Assembly: GCA_040005235.1 (NCBI GenBank)
Contig: JBDTZG010000006.1
Location: 22,203 to 86,202, forward strand
DNA length: 64,000 bases
Direction of reading: 5' to 3'
Source: Acidobacteriota bacterium
GTDB lineage: Bacteria > Acidobacteriota > Thermoanaerobaculia > Multivoradales > UBA5704
Positions 1-9,754 of the stretch are shown one piece after another (position 1 is the stretch's first letter; each line of letters starts with the position of its first letter). A program made the translations under genes and the position numbers. A model generated the notes under the pieces. It was not told the origin of the DNA and did no database searches. It saw only the letters and a program-made list of their open reading frames with translations.

Positions 1-423
1 CACTGCCTGCGCTCCAGCCCGGAAAAGTACGCCCGGCACCTGCTGCACCGGTCGGACGAGCTGGGCTACACCGCCGTGGTGATGGTGTGGGGACCCGGTC
101 AGCGCACGGGGCTGCACGACCATTCGGGCCTCTGGTGCGTCGAAGGCGTGGTCGAGGGGGAGCTGGAAATCACCCGCTTCGAGCGACTCGGCGAGAGCGA
201 GGCGATCCATTTCGAGGAGTGCGAGCGGATTCACGCGAGCGCCGGCTCCTCGGGTTCGCTGATCCCGCCGCACGAGTACCACATTCTGGCCAACGACAGC
301 CCGGGGCAGACCGCGATCACGCTCCACATCTACGGCGGCGAGATGACCACCTGCTCGGTGTTCGAGCCGCTGGCGGACGGCTCGTTCGTGCGCCGCGAGC
401 GGCAGCTCTCGTACGACGACTAG
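1..423 (+). CDS. Cysteine dioxygenase-like cupin, 5' end truncated by the window edge
   Basis: The reading frame is open from nt 1 through the stop at 421-423. The translation ...GLHDHSGLWCVEGVVEGELE... fits the type I cysteine dioxygenase cupin fold. It sits immediately upstream of a sulfite oxidase-like gene. Confidence 0.65.
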   Translation, partial: HCLRSSPEKYARHLLHRSDELGYTAVVMVWGPGQRTGLHDHSGLWCVEGVVEGELEITRFERLGESEAIHFEECERIHASAGSSGSLIPPHEYHILANDSPGQTAITLHIYGGEMTTCSVFEPLADGSFVRRERQLSYDD

Positions 424-432
424 GAGCGACTT

Positions 433-1521
433 TTGAGTCCCGAAGGAAAGCATCCGGATTTCATCGTTCGGCAGGAAGATCCTCTAAACGGCGGTTCGCC
501 GCTCGCCGACCTCGCCGCCACGCAGCGCACGCCGGTCGAGCGGTTTTTCGTCCGCAGCCATGGCGCGATTCCAGAAGCCTCCGCCGAACGCTGGCGGCTG
601 CGGATCACCGGGCTCGTGCGGTCGGCCCAAGAGCTGTCGCTCCAGGATCTTTCGAGCAATTTCAGGCGCCACTCGGTGGTCGCCGCGCTCGAATGCGCGG
701 GCAACCGGCGAAACGAGCTGATCGCGGTAGCCCCCACCCCGGGAGAGCTCGAATGGCACGCCGAGGCGATCGGCAACGCCGCCTGGAGCGGCTGGTCGCT
801 CGCCGAGGTGCTCGCCGCGGCCGGGCCGTTGCCCGAGGCGCGGCACGTAGAATTCGTCGGCGTCGACGAGACCGAGCGGCTCGGCCGGCGCTTTACGTTT
901 GGCGGCTCGGTACCGATCGAAAAGGCGCTGGCGCGCGAAGTGCTGCTCGCCGACACGATGAACGGCGAAGAGCTCCCCCCTGCGCACGGCTTTCCGCTGC
1001 GCGCCGTGGTTCCCGGCTATCTCGGAGCGCGTAGCGTCAAGTGGCTGGCGGAAATCCGGCTGCGCGAAGACCCTTCCGAGAACTACTTCCAAGCCCACGC
1101 CTACCGGCTCTTTCCGTCTTGGGTCAATCCGAGCAACGTGGTTTGGGAAAGCGGGTTAATGCTCGGCGAGATGCCGGTGACCTCGGTGCTCTCCACTCCC
1201 GCGCCGGGGGCGATCCTGCCGGCCGGAGAGGTCGAGGTGGCGGGCTACGCCTACGTCGGCGGCGGACGGGGGATCGATCGGGTGGATCTGTCGATTGACG
1301 GCGGCCGGACCTGGCGCGCCGCGGATCTCGGGATCGAAGAGGGAGGCTGGAGCTGGCGGTTGTACTCGGCGCGGGTCGATCTCGAACCCGGCGAGCACGA
1401 ATTGGTGGTCCGCGCATTCGACCGCTCGGCCCAGACTCAGCCGCGCGACGCCTCGGAAGTCTGGAACTTCAAGGGCTACGCCAACAACGCCTGGCACCGG
1501 GTGCCGGTCACGGTTCGCTGA
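433..1521 (+). CDS. Sulfite oxidase-family molybdopterin oxidoreductase
   Basis: TTG start with an AGGAG Shine-Dalgarno sequence 6 nt upstream. The Moco-binding Cys motif LECAGNRR is present, as is the SUOX dimerisation-domain-like C-terminus. 362 aa. Confidence 0.8.
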   Translation: MSPEGKHPDFIVRQEDPLNGGSPLADLAATQRTPVERFFVRSHGAIPEASAERWRLRITGLVRSAQELSLQDLSSNFRRHSVVAALECAGNRRNELIAVAPTPGELEWHAEAIGNAAWSGWSLAEVLAAAGPLPEARHVEFVGVDETERLGRRFTFGGSVPIEKALAREVLLADTMNGEELPPAHGFPLRAVVPGYLGARSVKWLAEIRLREDPSENYFQAHAYRLFPSWVNPSNVVWESGLMLGEMPVTSVLSTPAPGAILPAGEVEVAGYAYVGGGRGIDRVDLSIDGGRTWRAADLGIEEGGWSWRLYSARVDLEPGEHELVVRAFDRSAQTQPRDASEVWNFKGYANNAWHRVPVTVR

Positions 1522-1570
1522 TCTAGGGGCGCAGCATGCTGCGCCCCTCTCCGCTTATAATTTAGGCGCA

Positions 1571-1954
1571 ATGAGCATCTGCACCACCCAAGGGATCCGC
1601 GTCGAGGTTCAGAGCTATTACGACTCCGAACGGAGCGCGCCGCAGGAGAAGTATTTCTTCTTCGCCTACCGCGTACGGATCTCGAACCTCGGCGAGGAAA
1701 CCGCACAGCTCCTCTCCCGCGAATGGCTGATCACCGACGCGGACGGATTGGAGCAGAAGGTCGTCGGCCTTGGAGTGGTGGGCGAGCAGCCAATTCTCGC
1801 TCCGGGCGAGATGTTCGAATACACCAGTTTTTGCCCGCTCACCACGCCGGTCGGCGCCATGCAGGGCGCCTACCGGATGGCGACCGAAAGCGGCGCGCAG
1901 TTCGACGCCGAGATCGCGCCGTTCTCGCTGATCGTGCCCCACTCGCTCAATTAG
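1571..1954 (+). CDS. apaG: ApaG (DUF525) protein
   Basis: An internal ATG gives a 127-aa protein. MSICTTQGIRVEVQSYYDSERS...FFFAYRVRISNLG...GVVGEQPILAPGE...MQGAYRM aligns with E. coli ApaG along its whole length. Confidence 0.8.
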   Translation: MSICTTQGIRVEVQSYYDSERSAPQEKYFFFAYRVRISNLGEETAQLLSREWLITDADGLEQKVVGLGVVGEQPILAPGEMFEYTSFCPLTTPVGAMQGAYRMATESGAQFDAEIAPFSLIVPHSLN

Positions 1955-2625
1955 TCTTCGAGCACCCCGCGATACAGCAACCCCGCCACCACCGCCCCCA
2001 GCACCGGGCCGACCAGATAGACCCACAGATCAGTGGTGTTGCCGGAGGCGAGCGCCGGTCCGATCGAGCGGGCCGGGTTCAGGCTGGCTCCCGTGAGCGG
2101 ACCGCCCATCAGGATCGCCAACGTGAGCGTCATGCCGATCGCGAGCCCGGATTGTGCACCGGCCTTGCCGCTCACCGCGGCATTCAGAACCGTATTGACC
2201 AGGAAGAAGGTGAGGATTGCTTCGAGCACCAGGCCGATCAGCGGCGTGATCGTGACGGTGCTGCCGCCGATCTGAAGATTCTGGGAAAGGGTCGTGGCTC
2301 CCAGCCCGCCGACCACGCCGCCGAGCACCCAGCGAAGGGTGAACGCCGCGACCAGCCCGCCGAGGATCTGCACCACGATGTACGCCGCCGCCTTCCCGGC
2401 CTCGATCTTACCCGCCGCGAGAACGCCGAGCGTGACCGCCGGATTGATGTGCGTGCCCGAGATGTGACCGTAAGCGTAGGCAAACGCGACGATCACCAGG
2501 CCGTGAGCGAACGCGACGCCGACCAGACCGCCGATCCCCAACGCGCCGGCCCCGGCGCCGATGAAGATCAGAGCGAACGTGCCGATGAATTCGGCGATTA
2601 GCGCCTTTGAGAGCGAGTTCGACAT
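1951..2625 (-). CDS. aqpZ: Aquaporin Z (MIP family channel)
   Basis: 224 aa with two NPA motifs (HINPAVT, SLNPARS) and six predicted TM segments. GGAGGAG Shine-Dalgarno upstream of the ATG at 2625. Its stop overlaps the apaG stop on the opposite strand. Confidence 0.85.
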   Translation of the reverse strand: MSNSLSKALIAEFIGTFALIFIGAGAGALGIGGLVGVAFAHGLVIVAFAYAYGHISGTHINPAVTLGVLAAGKIEAGKAAAYIVVQILGGLVAAFTLRWVLGGVVGGLGATTLSQNLQIGGSTVTITPLIGLVLEAILTFFLVNTVLNAAVSGKAGAQSGLAIGMTLTLAILMGGPLTGASLNPARSIGPALASGNTTDLWVYLVGPVLGAVVAGLLYRGVLED

Positions 2626-2727
2626 GAGGGTTGCTCCTCCTTTGAAAGAAATCGAAAAGTGGACAGAGGATAGCCGCGAGCGCCAGGGATCGGCAACCGA
2701 CCGGCGCCGGAGTAGGATCGCGCCACG

Positions 2728-4110
2728 ATGCCCGAATCCAAGTCCCCTTCCCTGGCGCGCGATCTCACCGCGCGTGACGGCGCCTTGCTTACGATCGGCT
2801 CGATCGTCGGCACCGGAATCTTCCTCACCACCGGTTACATGGCCGCCGCCCTGCCGCACCCCGGGTTGATCATGCTGGCCTGGGTGGCGGGAGGCCTGCT
2901 GACCATCGCGGGCGCGCTCACCTATGGCGAGCTGGGGGCCATGTTTCCGCAGGCCGGGGGGCTGTACGTTTTCCTCAAGGAGGCCTACGGTCCGCTCTGG
3001 GGTTTTCTTTACGGCTGGACCGCGTTCCTGGTCATCATGACCGGCGGCATTGCGGCGGTCGCCGCCGCGGTGGGCAACGTCCTGGGTGGATTCATCCCGT
3101 ATTTTGCCTCCTCGCACCGGATCGCCGCGGTGCCGATCGGCCCCTGGACCTGGACGCTCTCGGGCGCGCAGATCGCCTCCGTGCTCGCAATCCTGCTGCT
3201 CACCGCGGTCAACCATCGGGGATTGAAAGCCGGGTCGGGGATTCAAAACGTGCTCACCTGGATCAAGATCGGATCGATCCTGGGGCTCGCAATCTTCGGT
3301 TTGTCGCGCTCGGCTCCCGCGATGCCGCATTACTTCGCCGCCATCCCCGGCCACCTCGCCGGCACGGCCCTGATCAGCGCCTTCGGTGTCGCGATGATCT
3401 CGGCGCTCTGGACCTTCGACGGCTGGTACGGCCTGACCTTCTCGGCCGGCGAGATGAAGAATCCCGGCCGCGATCTTCCTTGGGGCCTCCTGGTCGGCAC
3501 CTGCGTGGTCACCGGGCTCTATCTTCTGGTCAACGTGCTCTATCTGCGCGCCCTGCCGATCGCCCAGATGGCGGGGGTCGAGAAAGTCGGCGAAGCGTCG
3601 GCGACGGCGCTATTCGGCGCCGTCGGCGGCAAACTGCTCGGAGTCGCGGTCTTCATTTCCTGCTTCGGCGCCCTGGCTTCGACGATTCTCTACAGCTCGC
3701 GGATCTACCAGCCGATCGCTGCCGACGGCTTGTTCTTCCGGCGCCTCGCGGCCATCGATCCGAAGACCCAGGTTCCCGCCGCGAGCCTTTGGGCGCAGAC
3801 CGGCTGGTCGATCGTGCTCGCCCTGTCGGGGACGTTCGAGCAGCTCTACACCTACGTGATCTTCGCGAGCATCCTGTTCCAGATCGGAGTCGGCGCCGCG
3901 GTGTTCGTCCTGCGGGCCAAACGGCCGGACCTTCCTCGGCCCTACCGCACCTGGGGCTATCCGGTCGTCCCCGCCCTGTTCCTGCTCGCGTCGCTCGCCC
4001 TGGTGGCCACCACCCTGGCCGAAAAGCCGGTCGAGTCGCTCTGGGGGCTGGGGCTTGTGGCGTTGGGGCTGCCGGCCTACGCGATCTGGAAGCGGCGGGC
4101 GAAGGGGTAG
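2728..4110 (+). CDS. APC-family amino acid permease
   Basis: 460 aa with 12 predicted TM segments. N-terminal GSIVGTGIFLTTG motif typical of amino acid/polyamine/organocation transporters. Confidence 0.8.
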   Translation: MPESKSPSLARDLTARDGALLTIGSIVGTGIFLTTGYMAAALPHPGLIMLAWVAGGLLTIAGALTYGELGAMFPQAGGLYVFLKEAYGPLWGFLYGWTAFLVIMTGGIAAVAAAVGNVLGGFIPYFASSHRIAAVPIGPWTWTLSGAQIASVLAILLLTAVNHRGLKAGSGIQNVLTWIKIGSILGLAIFGLSRSAPAMPHYFAAIPGHLAGTALISAFGVAMISALWTFDGWYGLTFSAGEMKNPGRDLPWGLLVGTCVVTGLYLLVNVLYLRALPIAQMAGVEKVGEASATALFGAVGGKLLGVAVFISCFGALASTILYSSRIYQPIAADGLFFRRLAAIDPKTQVPAASLWAQTGWSIVLALSGTFEQLYTYVIFASILFQIGVGAAVFVLRAKRPDLPRPYRTWGYPVVPALFLLASLALVATTLAEKPVESLWGLGLVALGLPAYAIWKRRAKG

Positions 4111-4179
4111 AGGTTCTTCCCGTCCCTACCCTCCTGGCCCCGTTTGGGGTAGCGTTTTTCCGTCAGGTGGAGGACCTTC

Positions 4180-5571
4180 ATGCGATATCGATCTCACCTT
4201 CTCGCCATCTCGGCCTTCTTTCTTCTCGCACCGGCCACGCACCCCCAAGCCGCACCGTTTCTCTTTTCCGGGCCCTTTTCTTCCCTGCTCCCGAAGGGCG
4301 CCACGGCGGCGGCCCATGCCTCGGGCCTGTCTTTCGAAATCAAGATCTCGGACAACGGCCAGAAGATCGAGGGCGGACCGTTCGCCCTCGCCGTGCCCGG
4401 CGCCGCGAGGCCTTTTCGGTTGACGATCGAAGGAGCCGCCTTTTCAGCCGGCCGGTTGAGCGCGAAAGCGACGATTGCCAACGGTTCAGGCGCCGCCTTG
4501 GAAGGGCTGCGCCTGGATTGGGTCGAGGCGACCGAGACATTCGCCAAGAAGGACGCCGCAGGCAAGACGGTGATGGCCACCCGGTCTCAGAAGCTCGCGG
4601 CCGAGCCGCTTCATTTCGGCGATCTGGACGCGAACGAAACGAGCGACGCGCTGCCTCTGGTCGTCACCGACCTGGCCTTCGGCGCGGAGACGATCCAGAT
4701 CGTCGTCCGCGGCGTCGTCTCCGGCCTGCGGTACGAGAAAACCTTGGTCAACCCGAGCGCCTGCGGCAGCGGGCAGATCGAGGTGGACGGCCGCGCGAAC
4801 GTCTACCTGGCGGACACCTGTGGCCAGCGGATCGCCCGCATGAATCCCACTGGGGAGATCGCCGGAGTGGAGCTGCCGGCACAAACCCGGGGATTCGCCC
4901 GAGATGCCGGGAGCGGCCGGCTCGCCGCGACTTACGGGACCTATCGCGAGATCCGCCTGATCGGCGCCGAAAGCCAGGTGCTCGGCACGATCGGCGAGGT
5001 GCAGGGGCTCGACACCGTTCCCGATTTTCTACGGTTCGACGGCCCAGGAGATCTCTGGGTGGAGGCTGGCGGCGCGATCCTTCGCTTCAGCCCCAACGGC
5101 AAGCTCGAACAGCGCATCCGGTCGATCGGAGGGACGGACCTCTACGGCGTTCTTTCGTTCGACATCGCGAGGGACGGCACGCTCTGGATCGTCGCCTTGG
5201 GCGCGCTCTTTCGCCTCCCGGCGGACGGAACGGCCGGATCTCGCCTCGTGGGGCCGGGCCTCCGGGCCGGAGAGCTGACTTCGCCCGAGGCACCGCGCGC
5301 GGCACCGGACGGCACCGTCTGGGTGGTCGAAGCCGCGGACCCGACCCACGGCGCCCCCGAGCGCATTTCGGTCTTCGACCGCGAAGGCCACCTGATCCGC
5401 CTCTTCGGCCGAGGCGCCCGCGCGCCGCTCCCCAACTTCCCCGCCGCGTACCACGAAGCGCAAATCTTCCGCGCCCGCGACTTGGCCTTCGGCCCCGAAA
5501 ACAAGGTCTACGTCACGAGCCTGAGACCGGGAGCGAAGGGCGAATACGTGATGGTGTTCCGGCGGTTTTAG
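4180..5571 (+). CDS. Secreted NHL-repeat/beta-propeller-like protein
   Basis: Signal peptide (MRYRSHLLAISAFFLLAPATHPQA). NHL-like blades such as NVYLADTCGQRIARMNPTGE and DGTLWIV. 463 aa. Confidence 0.5.
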   Translation: MRYRSHLLAISAFFLLAPATHPQAAPFLFSGPFSSLLPKGATAAAHASGLSFEIKISDNGQKIEGGPFALAVPGAARPFRLTIEGAAFSAGRLSAKATIANGSGAALEGLRLDWVEATETFAKKDAAGKTVMATRSQKLAAEPLHFGDLDANETSDALPLVVTDLAFGAETIQIVVRGVVSGLRYEKTLVNPSACGSGQIEVDGRANVYLADTCGQRIARMNPTGEIAGVELPAQTRGFARDAGSGRLAATYGTYREIRLIGAESQVLGTIGEVQGLDTVPDFLRFDGPGDLWVEAGGAILRFSPNGKLEQRIRSIGGTDLYGVLSFDIARDGTLWIVALGALFRLPADGTAGSRLVGPGLRAGELTSPEAPRAAPDGTVWVVEAADPTHGAPERISVFDREGHLIRLFGRGARAPLPNFPAAYHEAQIFRARDLAFGPENKVYVTSLRPGAKGEYVMVFRRF

Positions 5572-5593
5572 GGGACAGCCCAGCCCGCCTCCC

Positions 5594-6913
5594 TCACAAT
5601 TCTTCCAGCAGCCATTGCGCGGCCGGAGCCCAGGTCAAACCTTCTGGTAGCGGCCGTCGCGGAGGCACCGCATCGAGCGTGACGAGGAAGGGCCGAGCGT
5701 CGGGATCCATAGAGGCCGCCGCTTCGAGCGCACGGAGCTCACGTTCCCAGGTCTCGTCGCCCTCGCTCTCCAGGCAGACCTGCACCAGGAGGGGCGAATC
5801 GCCTGCTCGGTGCGCGAGGAAGTCCACTTCGTACCCCTCCGACGTGCGCACGTACGAGACCGAGTAGCCACGACGTTCCAACTCGAGGAAAACTGCGGTC
5901 TCAAGTGCCCTCCCGTGATGCGTTCGGCCGCTGCGCTCGAATAGCGCGATCAAGCCCGGGTCGATCGGGTAGGCCTTTCGCGGGTTTACCATTCGTTGGC
6001 GCTCCGAGGCGCTGTGCAGATCGACCGTTCGAACGAGGAACGCATCTTCGAGGTGGGCGAGGTAAGCATGCAGCGTGTCCTTGCCGACCGAGATCCCTTG
6101 GGAGCGCAAGGTGTCGTAGTGCTTCTTGACGGAAAACGGTCCGCCCGGATTCGCCAGCAACTGACGCTCGATCCAGCGCAGCACCAACGGATGGCTGACC
6201 GCATGGCGATCGATGACGTCGCGCAGCACGACGACATCGACATAGCCGTTCAAGAGCGCCGCCCGGTCGCGCGGTTCGGTGCCCTGGGCTTCGGCGAACC
6301 CCCCCACGACGAGATATCGCCGCAAATTCTCGTCAAGCACGGCACGCTCCGCCGGCCGCAATCGATCAATCGGCCGCGTCGGTTCGGCTCCGGCGTGGCG
6401 TAGCGCCTCGCGGAAGCTGAAGGGATAGACCAGAACCTCCATCGACCGGCCGCGTAGGCTGGTCGCCACCTCGCGCGAAAGCAGCCGCGCCGACGATCCG
6501 GACACGAACATCTCGACGCCGCCCGCATCGATCAGGCGGCGCACCAACCCTTCCCACCCCGGCACGGTCTGCACCTCGTCCAAATAGAGGGTCATGCCGC
6601 CCGACTCCCGCACGCCAGGGAATCGGCGCGCGTGCTCGTCGAGCATCCAGCCCAGGTCGGCGACCGAGAGTCCCACCAAGCGCTCATCCTCGAGCGAAAG
6701 CAGAAGCTGCGCCTCGGGGGGGCTCCCGTCGGTCAATCGGTCGTTCCGGCACTGCGCAAGAAACGAGGTCTTTCCGCCGCGGCGCACACCGATCACCGCG
6801 AACGCCTTGCCGGGGATTCCAGGCAGTCGGACGTCACGCCGCGTCAGGCGGCCAGGCCCCACCGCGAGCGATTCGTCGAGCTTGAGGCGAAGGAGATCGT
6901 GAGAGATTGTCAT
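5594..6913 (-). CDS. AAA+ ATPase of the AAA_14/DUF4143 family
   Basis: Walker A-like GVRRGGKTS, then a DUF4143-type C-terminus (VDFLAHRAGDSPLLVQV). 439 aa. Confidence 0.75.
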   Translation of the reverse strand: MTISHDLLRLKLDESLAVGPGRLTRRDVRLPGIPGKAFAVIGVRRGGKTSFLAQCRNDRLTDGSPPEAQLLLSLEDERLVGLSVADLGWMLDEHARRFPGVRESGGMTLYLDEVQTVPGWEGLVRRLIDAGGVEMFVSGSSARLLSREVATSLRGRSMEVLVYPFSFREALRHAGAEPTRPIDRLRPAERAVLDENLRRYLVVGGFAEAQGTEPRDRAALLNGYVDVVVLRDVIDRHAVSHPLVLRWIERQLLANPGGPFSVKKHYDTLRSQGISVGKDTLHAYLAHLEDAFLVRTVDLHSASERQRMVNPRKAYPIDPGLIALFERSGRTHHGRALETAVFLELERRGYSVSYVRTSEGYEVDFLAHRAGDSPLLVQVCLESEGDETWERELRALEAAASMDPDARPFLVTLDAVPPRRPLPEGLTWAPAAQWLLEEL

Positions 6914-6984
6914 TTCTAGAAGGACAATATCCGATAAGTCGTCCTTCTCACAAGGACAGGAGCCGGCTCATCACTGGCTCACAA

Positions 6985-7326
6985 CTACCCCCCGAACTTG
7001 ATCGGGTCGCCCAGCTCGTCCAACGAGAAGTTCGCCATGATCTGGTGGCCGTTGAAATCGAGGACCCGGATGTCTTCTTCGTGCTCCAGATCTTTCAAGA
7101 TGTTGGCGAAGGAATGCTCGTAGCGCGCCTCGACGGCGTCTCGATCGACCTCGTAGGCGATGAACTTGTCGATCCCCTTGTAGCGGAGCTTCGAGACGAG
7201 ACGTTCGTCGGTCAGCTTGGGGTAGGTCGACAGGACGAGGATCGGCCCGGTGCCGGTGAAGATGATGTAGGCGCGCAACGTCGACTTGGGCATTCCGGGC
7301 TCCTCTGGAGGTGAATAGGCGGCCAA
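6985..7326 (-). CDS. Small conserved hypothetical protein (start at 7326 or internal ATG at 7293)
   Basis: The ORF is clean in high-GC context. The alternative start MPKSTLRAYIIFTGTGP has a GGAG Shine-Dalgarno 7 nt upstream. I do not recognise a family. Confidence 0.4.
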   Translation of the reverse strand: MAAYSPPEEPGMPKSTLRAYIIFTGTGPILVLSTYPKLTDERLVSKLRYKGIDKFIAYEVDRDAVEARYEHSFANILKDLEHEEDIRVLDFNGHQIMANFSLDELGDPIKFGG

Positions 7327-7350
7327 CGTAACCGGCCGCCCCCGGGGCTG

Positions 7351-8652
7351 TCAATGGTGAGCTGCGAGATAGCCCGAAACCAGCCGCGACATCGCGCGGA
7401 TCCCCACCGGGACCGCCCCGTCGTCGCCCCGGAACGTCGGGGTGTGCAGGCCCCCCGAGGTGGTTCTCGCGCCGAGCGTGCCGAGGCGGAAGTAGTAGCT
7501 CGGGACGGCGTTGGCGAAGAACGCGAAGTCCTCGCCCCCCATGGTCGGCTCGGAGACCGAATAGGCGTCGGCGCCGAGCGCTTTTTCGAGGATCGCGCGC
7601 GACTCCGCGGTGAGCGCCGGGTCGTTCACGGTCGGCGGCGCGGTGCGCTGGTAGTCGAGCTCGAACGAGCCGCCTCCGGCTTTCGTGGTGCCGTCCAGGA
7701 TTTCGCGCATCCGCCGTTCCACCAAATCCTGCACCGTGCCCGAGTAGGTCCGCACCGTCCCTTCGAGCCGGACCTCGCCGGGGATGATGTTGAATCGGTC
7801 GCCGCCGCGGATGATGCCGACGGTCACCACCGTGGTTTCGAGCGGCGGCACGTTGCGCGAGCGGATGGTCTGGAGCGCCATCACCGCCTGCGAGGCGATC
7901 ACCACCGGATCGACCCCCTGGTGCGGATAGGCGCCGTGCGACTGCTTGCCGATGATCTTGGCGACGAAATGGTCGACCGCCGCCCAGGTCGGGCCGGGGT
8001 TCGCGGCGATCTTGCCGACGGGAAGCTCGGGGTAGGAGTGGAGAGCGAAGATCGCGACCGGCTTCAGATCCTTGAAAATCCCCTCTTCGAGCATCACGTC
8101 CGCGCCGCCGCGCTCACCCGGCGGCGGGCCTTCCTCGGCTGGCTGGAAGATGAACATCACCGTTCCGGGCAAGTCCGCCTTCACCGCGGCGAGCACCTCG
8201 GCCACGCCGAGCTGCACCGAGGTGTGGATGTCATGGCCGCAGGCGTGGGCGATTCCCACCTCCTGCCCGTCGTAGGTGCCTCGCTTCGTCGATTTGAACG
8301 GCAGGTCGCTCACTTCGGTCACCGGCAGCGCGTCGATGTCGGCCCGCACCGCCACCACGGGACCCGGCTTGCCGCCCCGGAGAATGCCGACCACGCCGGT
8401 CTTCGCGATCCCGGTCTTGACCTCTAGGCCCAGCGCTCGCAGACGCTCCGCGACCAGAGCGGCGGTCTCCACTTCGCGGTTGCCCAGCTCCGGATTCGCG
8501 TGAATCCGGTGGCGGACCTCGGTGATCTCGGGAGTCACGCGGGCGACCTCGCGGTCGATCCGGGCGCCGAGATCGGTGACTTTGGGAGCGGCGGCCCCGG
8601 CGAGCGAGGGTAGGGCGAGGAGGAGGAACGAGAGGTAGGCTTTCGGGATCAT
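7351..8652 (-). CDS. M20 family amidohydrolase (aminoacylase/hippurate hydrolase-like), periplasmic
   Basis: Signal peptide. M20D motifs IHANPELG, metal ligands HACGHD...FQPAEE, and an M20 dimerisation region. 433 aa. Confidence 0.8.
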   Translation of the reverse strand: MIPKAYLSFLLLALPSLAGAAAPKVTDLGARIDREVARVTPEITEVRHRIHANPELGNREVETAALVAERLRALGLEVKTGIAKTGVVGILRGGKPGPVVAVRADIDALPVTEVSDLPFKSTKRGTYDGQEVGIAHACGHDIHTSVQLGVAEVLAAVKADLPGTVMFIFQPAEEGPPPGERGGADVMLEEGIFKDLKPVAIFALHSYPELPVGKIAANPGPTWAAVDHFVAKIIGKQSHGAYPHQGVDPVVIASQAVMALQTIRSRNVPPLETTVVTVGIIRGGDRFNIIPGEVRLEGTVRTYSGTVQDLVERRMREILDGTTKAGGGSFELDYQRTAPPTVNDPALTAESRAILEKALGADAYSVSEPTMGGEDFAFFANAVPSYYFRLGTLGARTTSGGLHTPTFRGDDGAVPVGIRAMSRLVSGYLAAHH

Positions 8653-8680
8653 CCGAGGATCTTAACCCGTACAGATTCAC

Positions 8681-9754
8681 CTACGGTTTCGGCGTCGCAT
8701 TCCCGCGAAACCCCCGCGGGTCCCGCCCGAAAGCCCGCAGTTGGCCGCAGGCGGCGCTGACGTCGTCGCCCCGGGTTTTCCGCACCGTGGCGGTATATCC
8801 GTGGCGGTAGAGGCGCTCCTGGAACGCGGCGGTCTGCTCCGGCGTGGAGGGAATCATCGTCGGACCGAGCACCGCGTCCGGATTGGTCGGAATCAGGTTG
8901 ATCTTGCAGGACAGGCCCTGGAGCAATCCGGCGAGCCGGTCGGCCTGGGCGAGCGAGTCGTTCACGTCTTTGATCAGGATGTATTCGAAGGTGATCCGCC
9001 GCCGCGGTTCGAGCGGAAAGCGGCGCAGCGCTTCGAGCAGATCGGCGAGCGGATAGCTGCGATTAATCGGCATAATCCGGCTGCGAAGCTCGTCGTCCGG
9101 CGCGTGGAGCGAGATCGCGAGGTTCGGCCGGCGCTTCCAGCGGGCCATCTCCTCAATGCCCGGGATGACCCCCGCGGTCGAGACGGTGATCCGGCGGATC
9201 GAAATGTGCTCGGCGAGGATCTCGATCGCCGAGCCGACGTTGTCCAGATTGAGCAGCGGCTCGCCCATCCCCATGAACACGAGGTTCAGGCCGTCGGCCG
9301 GATGATCGCGGTCCTGCTTGATCGAGAGGACCTGGGCGATGATCTCCCCCGCCGAAAGATTTCTCCCCGCGCCCCAATAGCCCGTGACGCAGAACGAGCA
9401 GGCGAGAGCACAGCCGGCCTGACTCGAAATGCAGAGCGTGCGCCGGTCGCCGTCGGGAATGTCGACCGCCTCGATCGAGGCGCCGTCGACCAGGCGGAAC
9501 AGATATTTCGCGGTGCCGTCCTCGGAGATTTCCCGCGCCGCGATCTCCGGCCGCTCGATGCGGAAATGCGCGGCGAGCGTCGCGCGCAAATCCTTCGCGA
9601 GATCGGTCATCGCGGCGAAATCCGCGAGCCCCCGGGAATGGATCGCGTCGTACAGCTGGCGGATGCGGAACGGCCGATCGACGTAAGGGGCGAGGGTCTC
9701 CGCGAGTTGGTTCCGATCGAGGCCCAGCAGATCGGGCTGCGGTGCCGGGTTCAT
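8681..9754 (-). CDS. rlmN: 23S rRNA (adenine2503-C2)-methyltransferase RlmN (radical SAM)
   Basis: Internal ATG at 9754 (MNPAPQPDLLGLDRNQL). Radical SAM CxxxCxxC motif (CALACSFC) and GMGEPLLN. 357 aa. Its ATG overlaps the upstream gene's stop as ATGA. Confidence 0.85.
   Translation of the reverse strand: MNPAPQPDLLGLDRNQLAETLAPYVDRPFRIRQLYDAIHSRGLADFAAMTDLAKDLRATLAAHFRIERPEIAAREISEDGTAKYLFRLVDGASIEAVDIPDGDRRTLCISSQAGCALACSFCVTGYWGAGRNLSAGEIIAQVLSIKQDRDHPADGLNLVFMGMGEPLLNLDNVGSAIEILAEHISIRRITVSTAGVIPGIEEMARWKRRPNLAISLHAPDDELRSRIMPINRSYPLADLLEALRRFPLEPRRRITFEYILIKDVNDSLAQADRLAGLLQGLSCKINLIPTNPDAVLGPTMIPSTPEQTAAFQERLYRHGYTATVRKTRGDDVSAACGQLRAFGRDPRGFRGNATPKP

Noticed and set aside
7354-8427. 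357-aa ORF antisense to the M20 amidohydrolase, and similar long antisense ORFs at 8741-9829, 12928-13932, 21358-22080 and 23047-24834
   Set aside because: These are typical high-GC antisense open frames. They are Arg/Gly/Asp-rich and low-complexity, with no motifs, and they overlap well-supported genes on the other strand.
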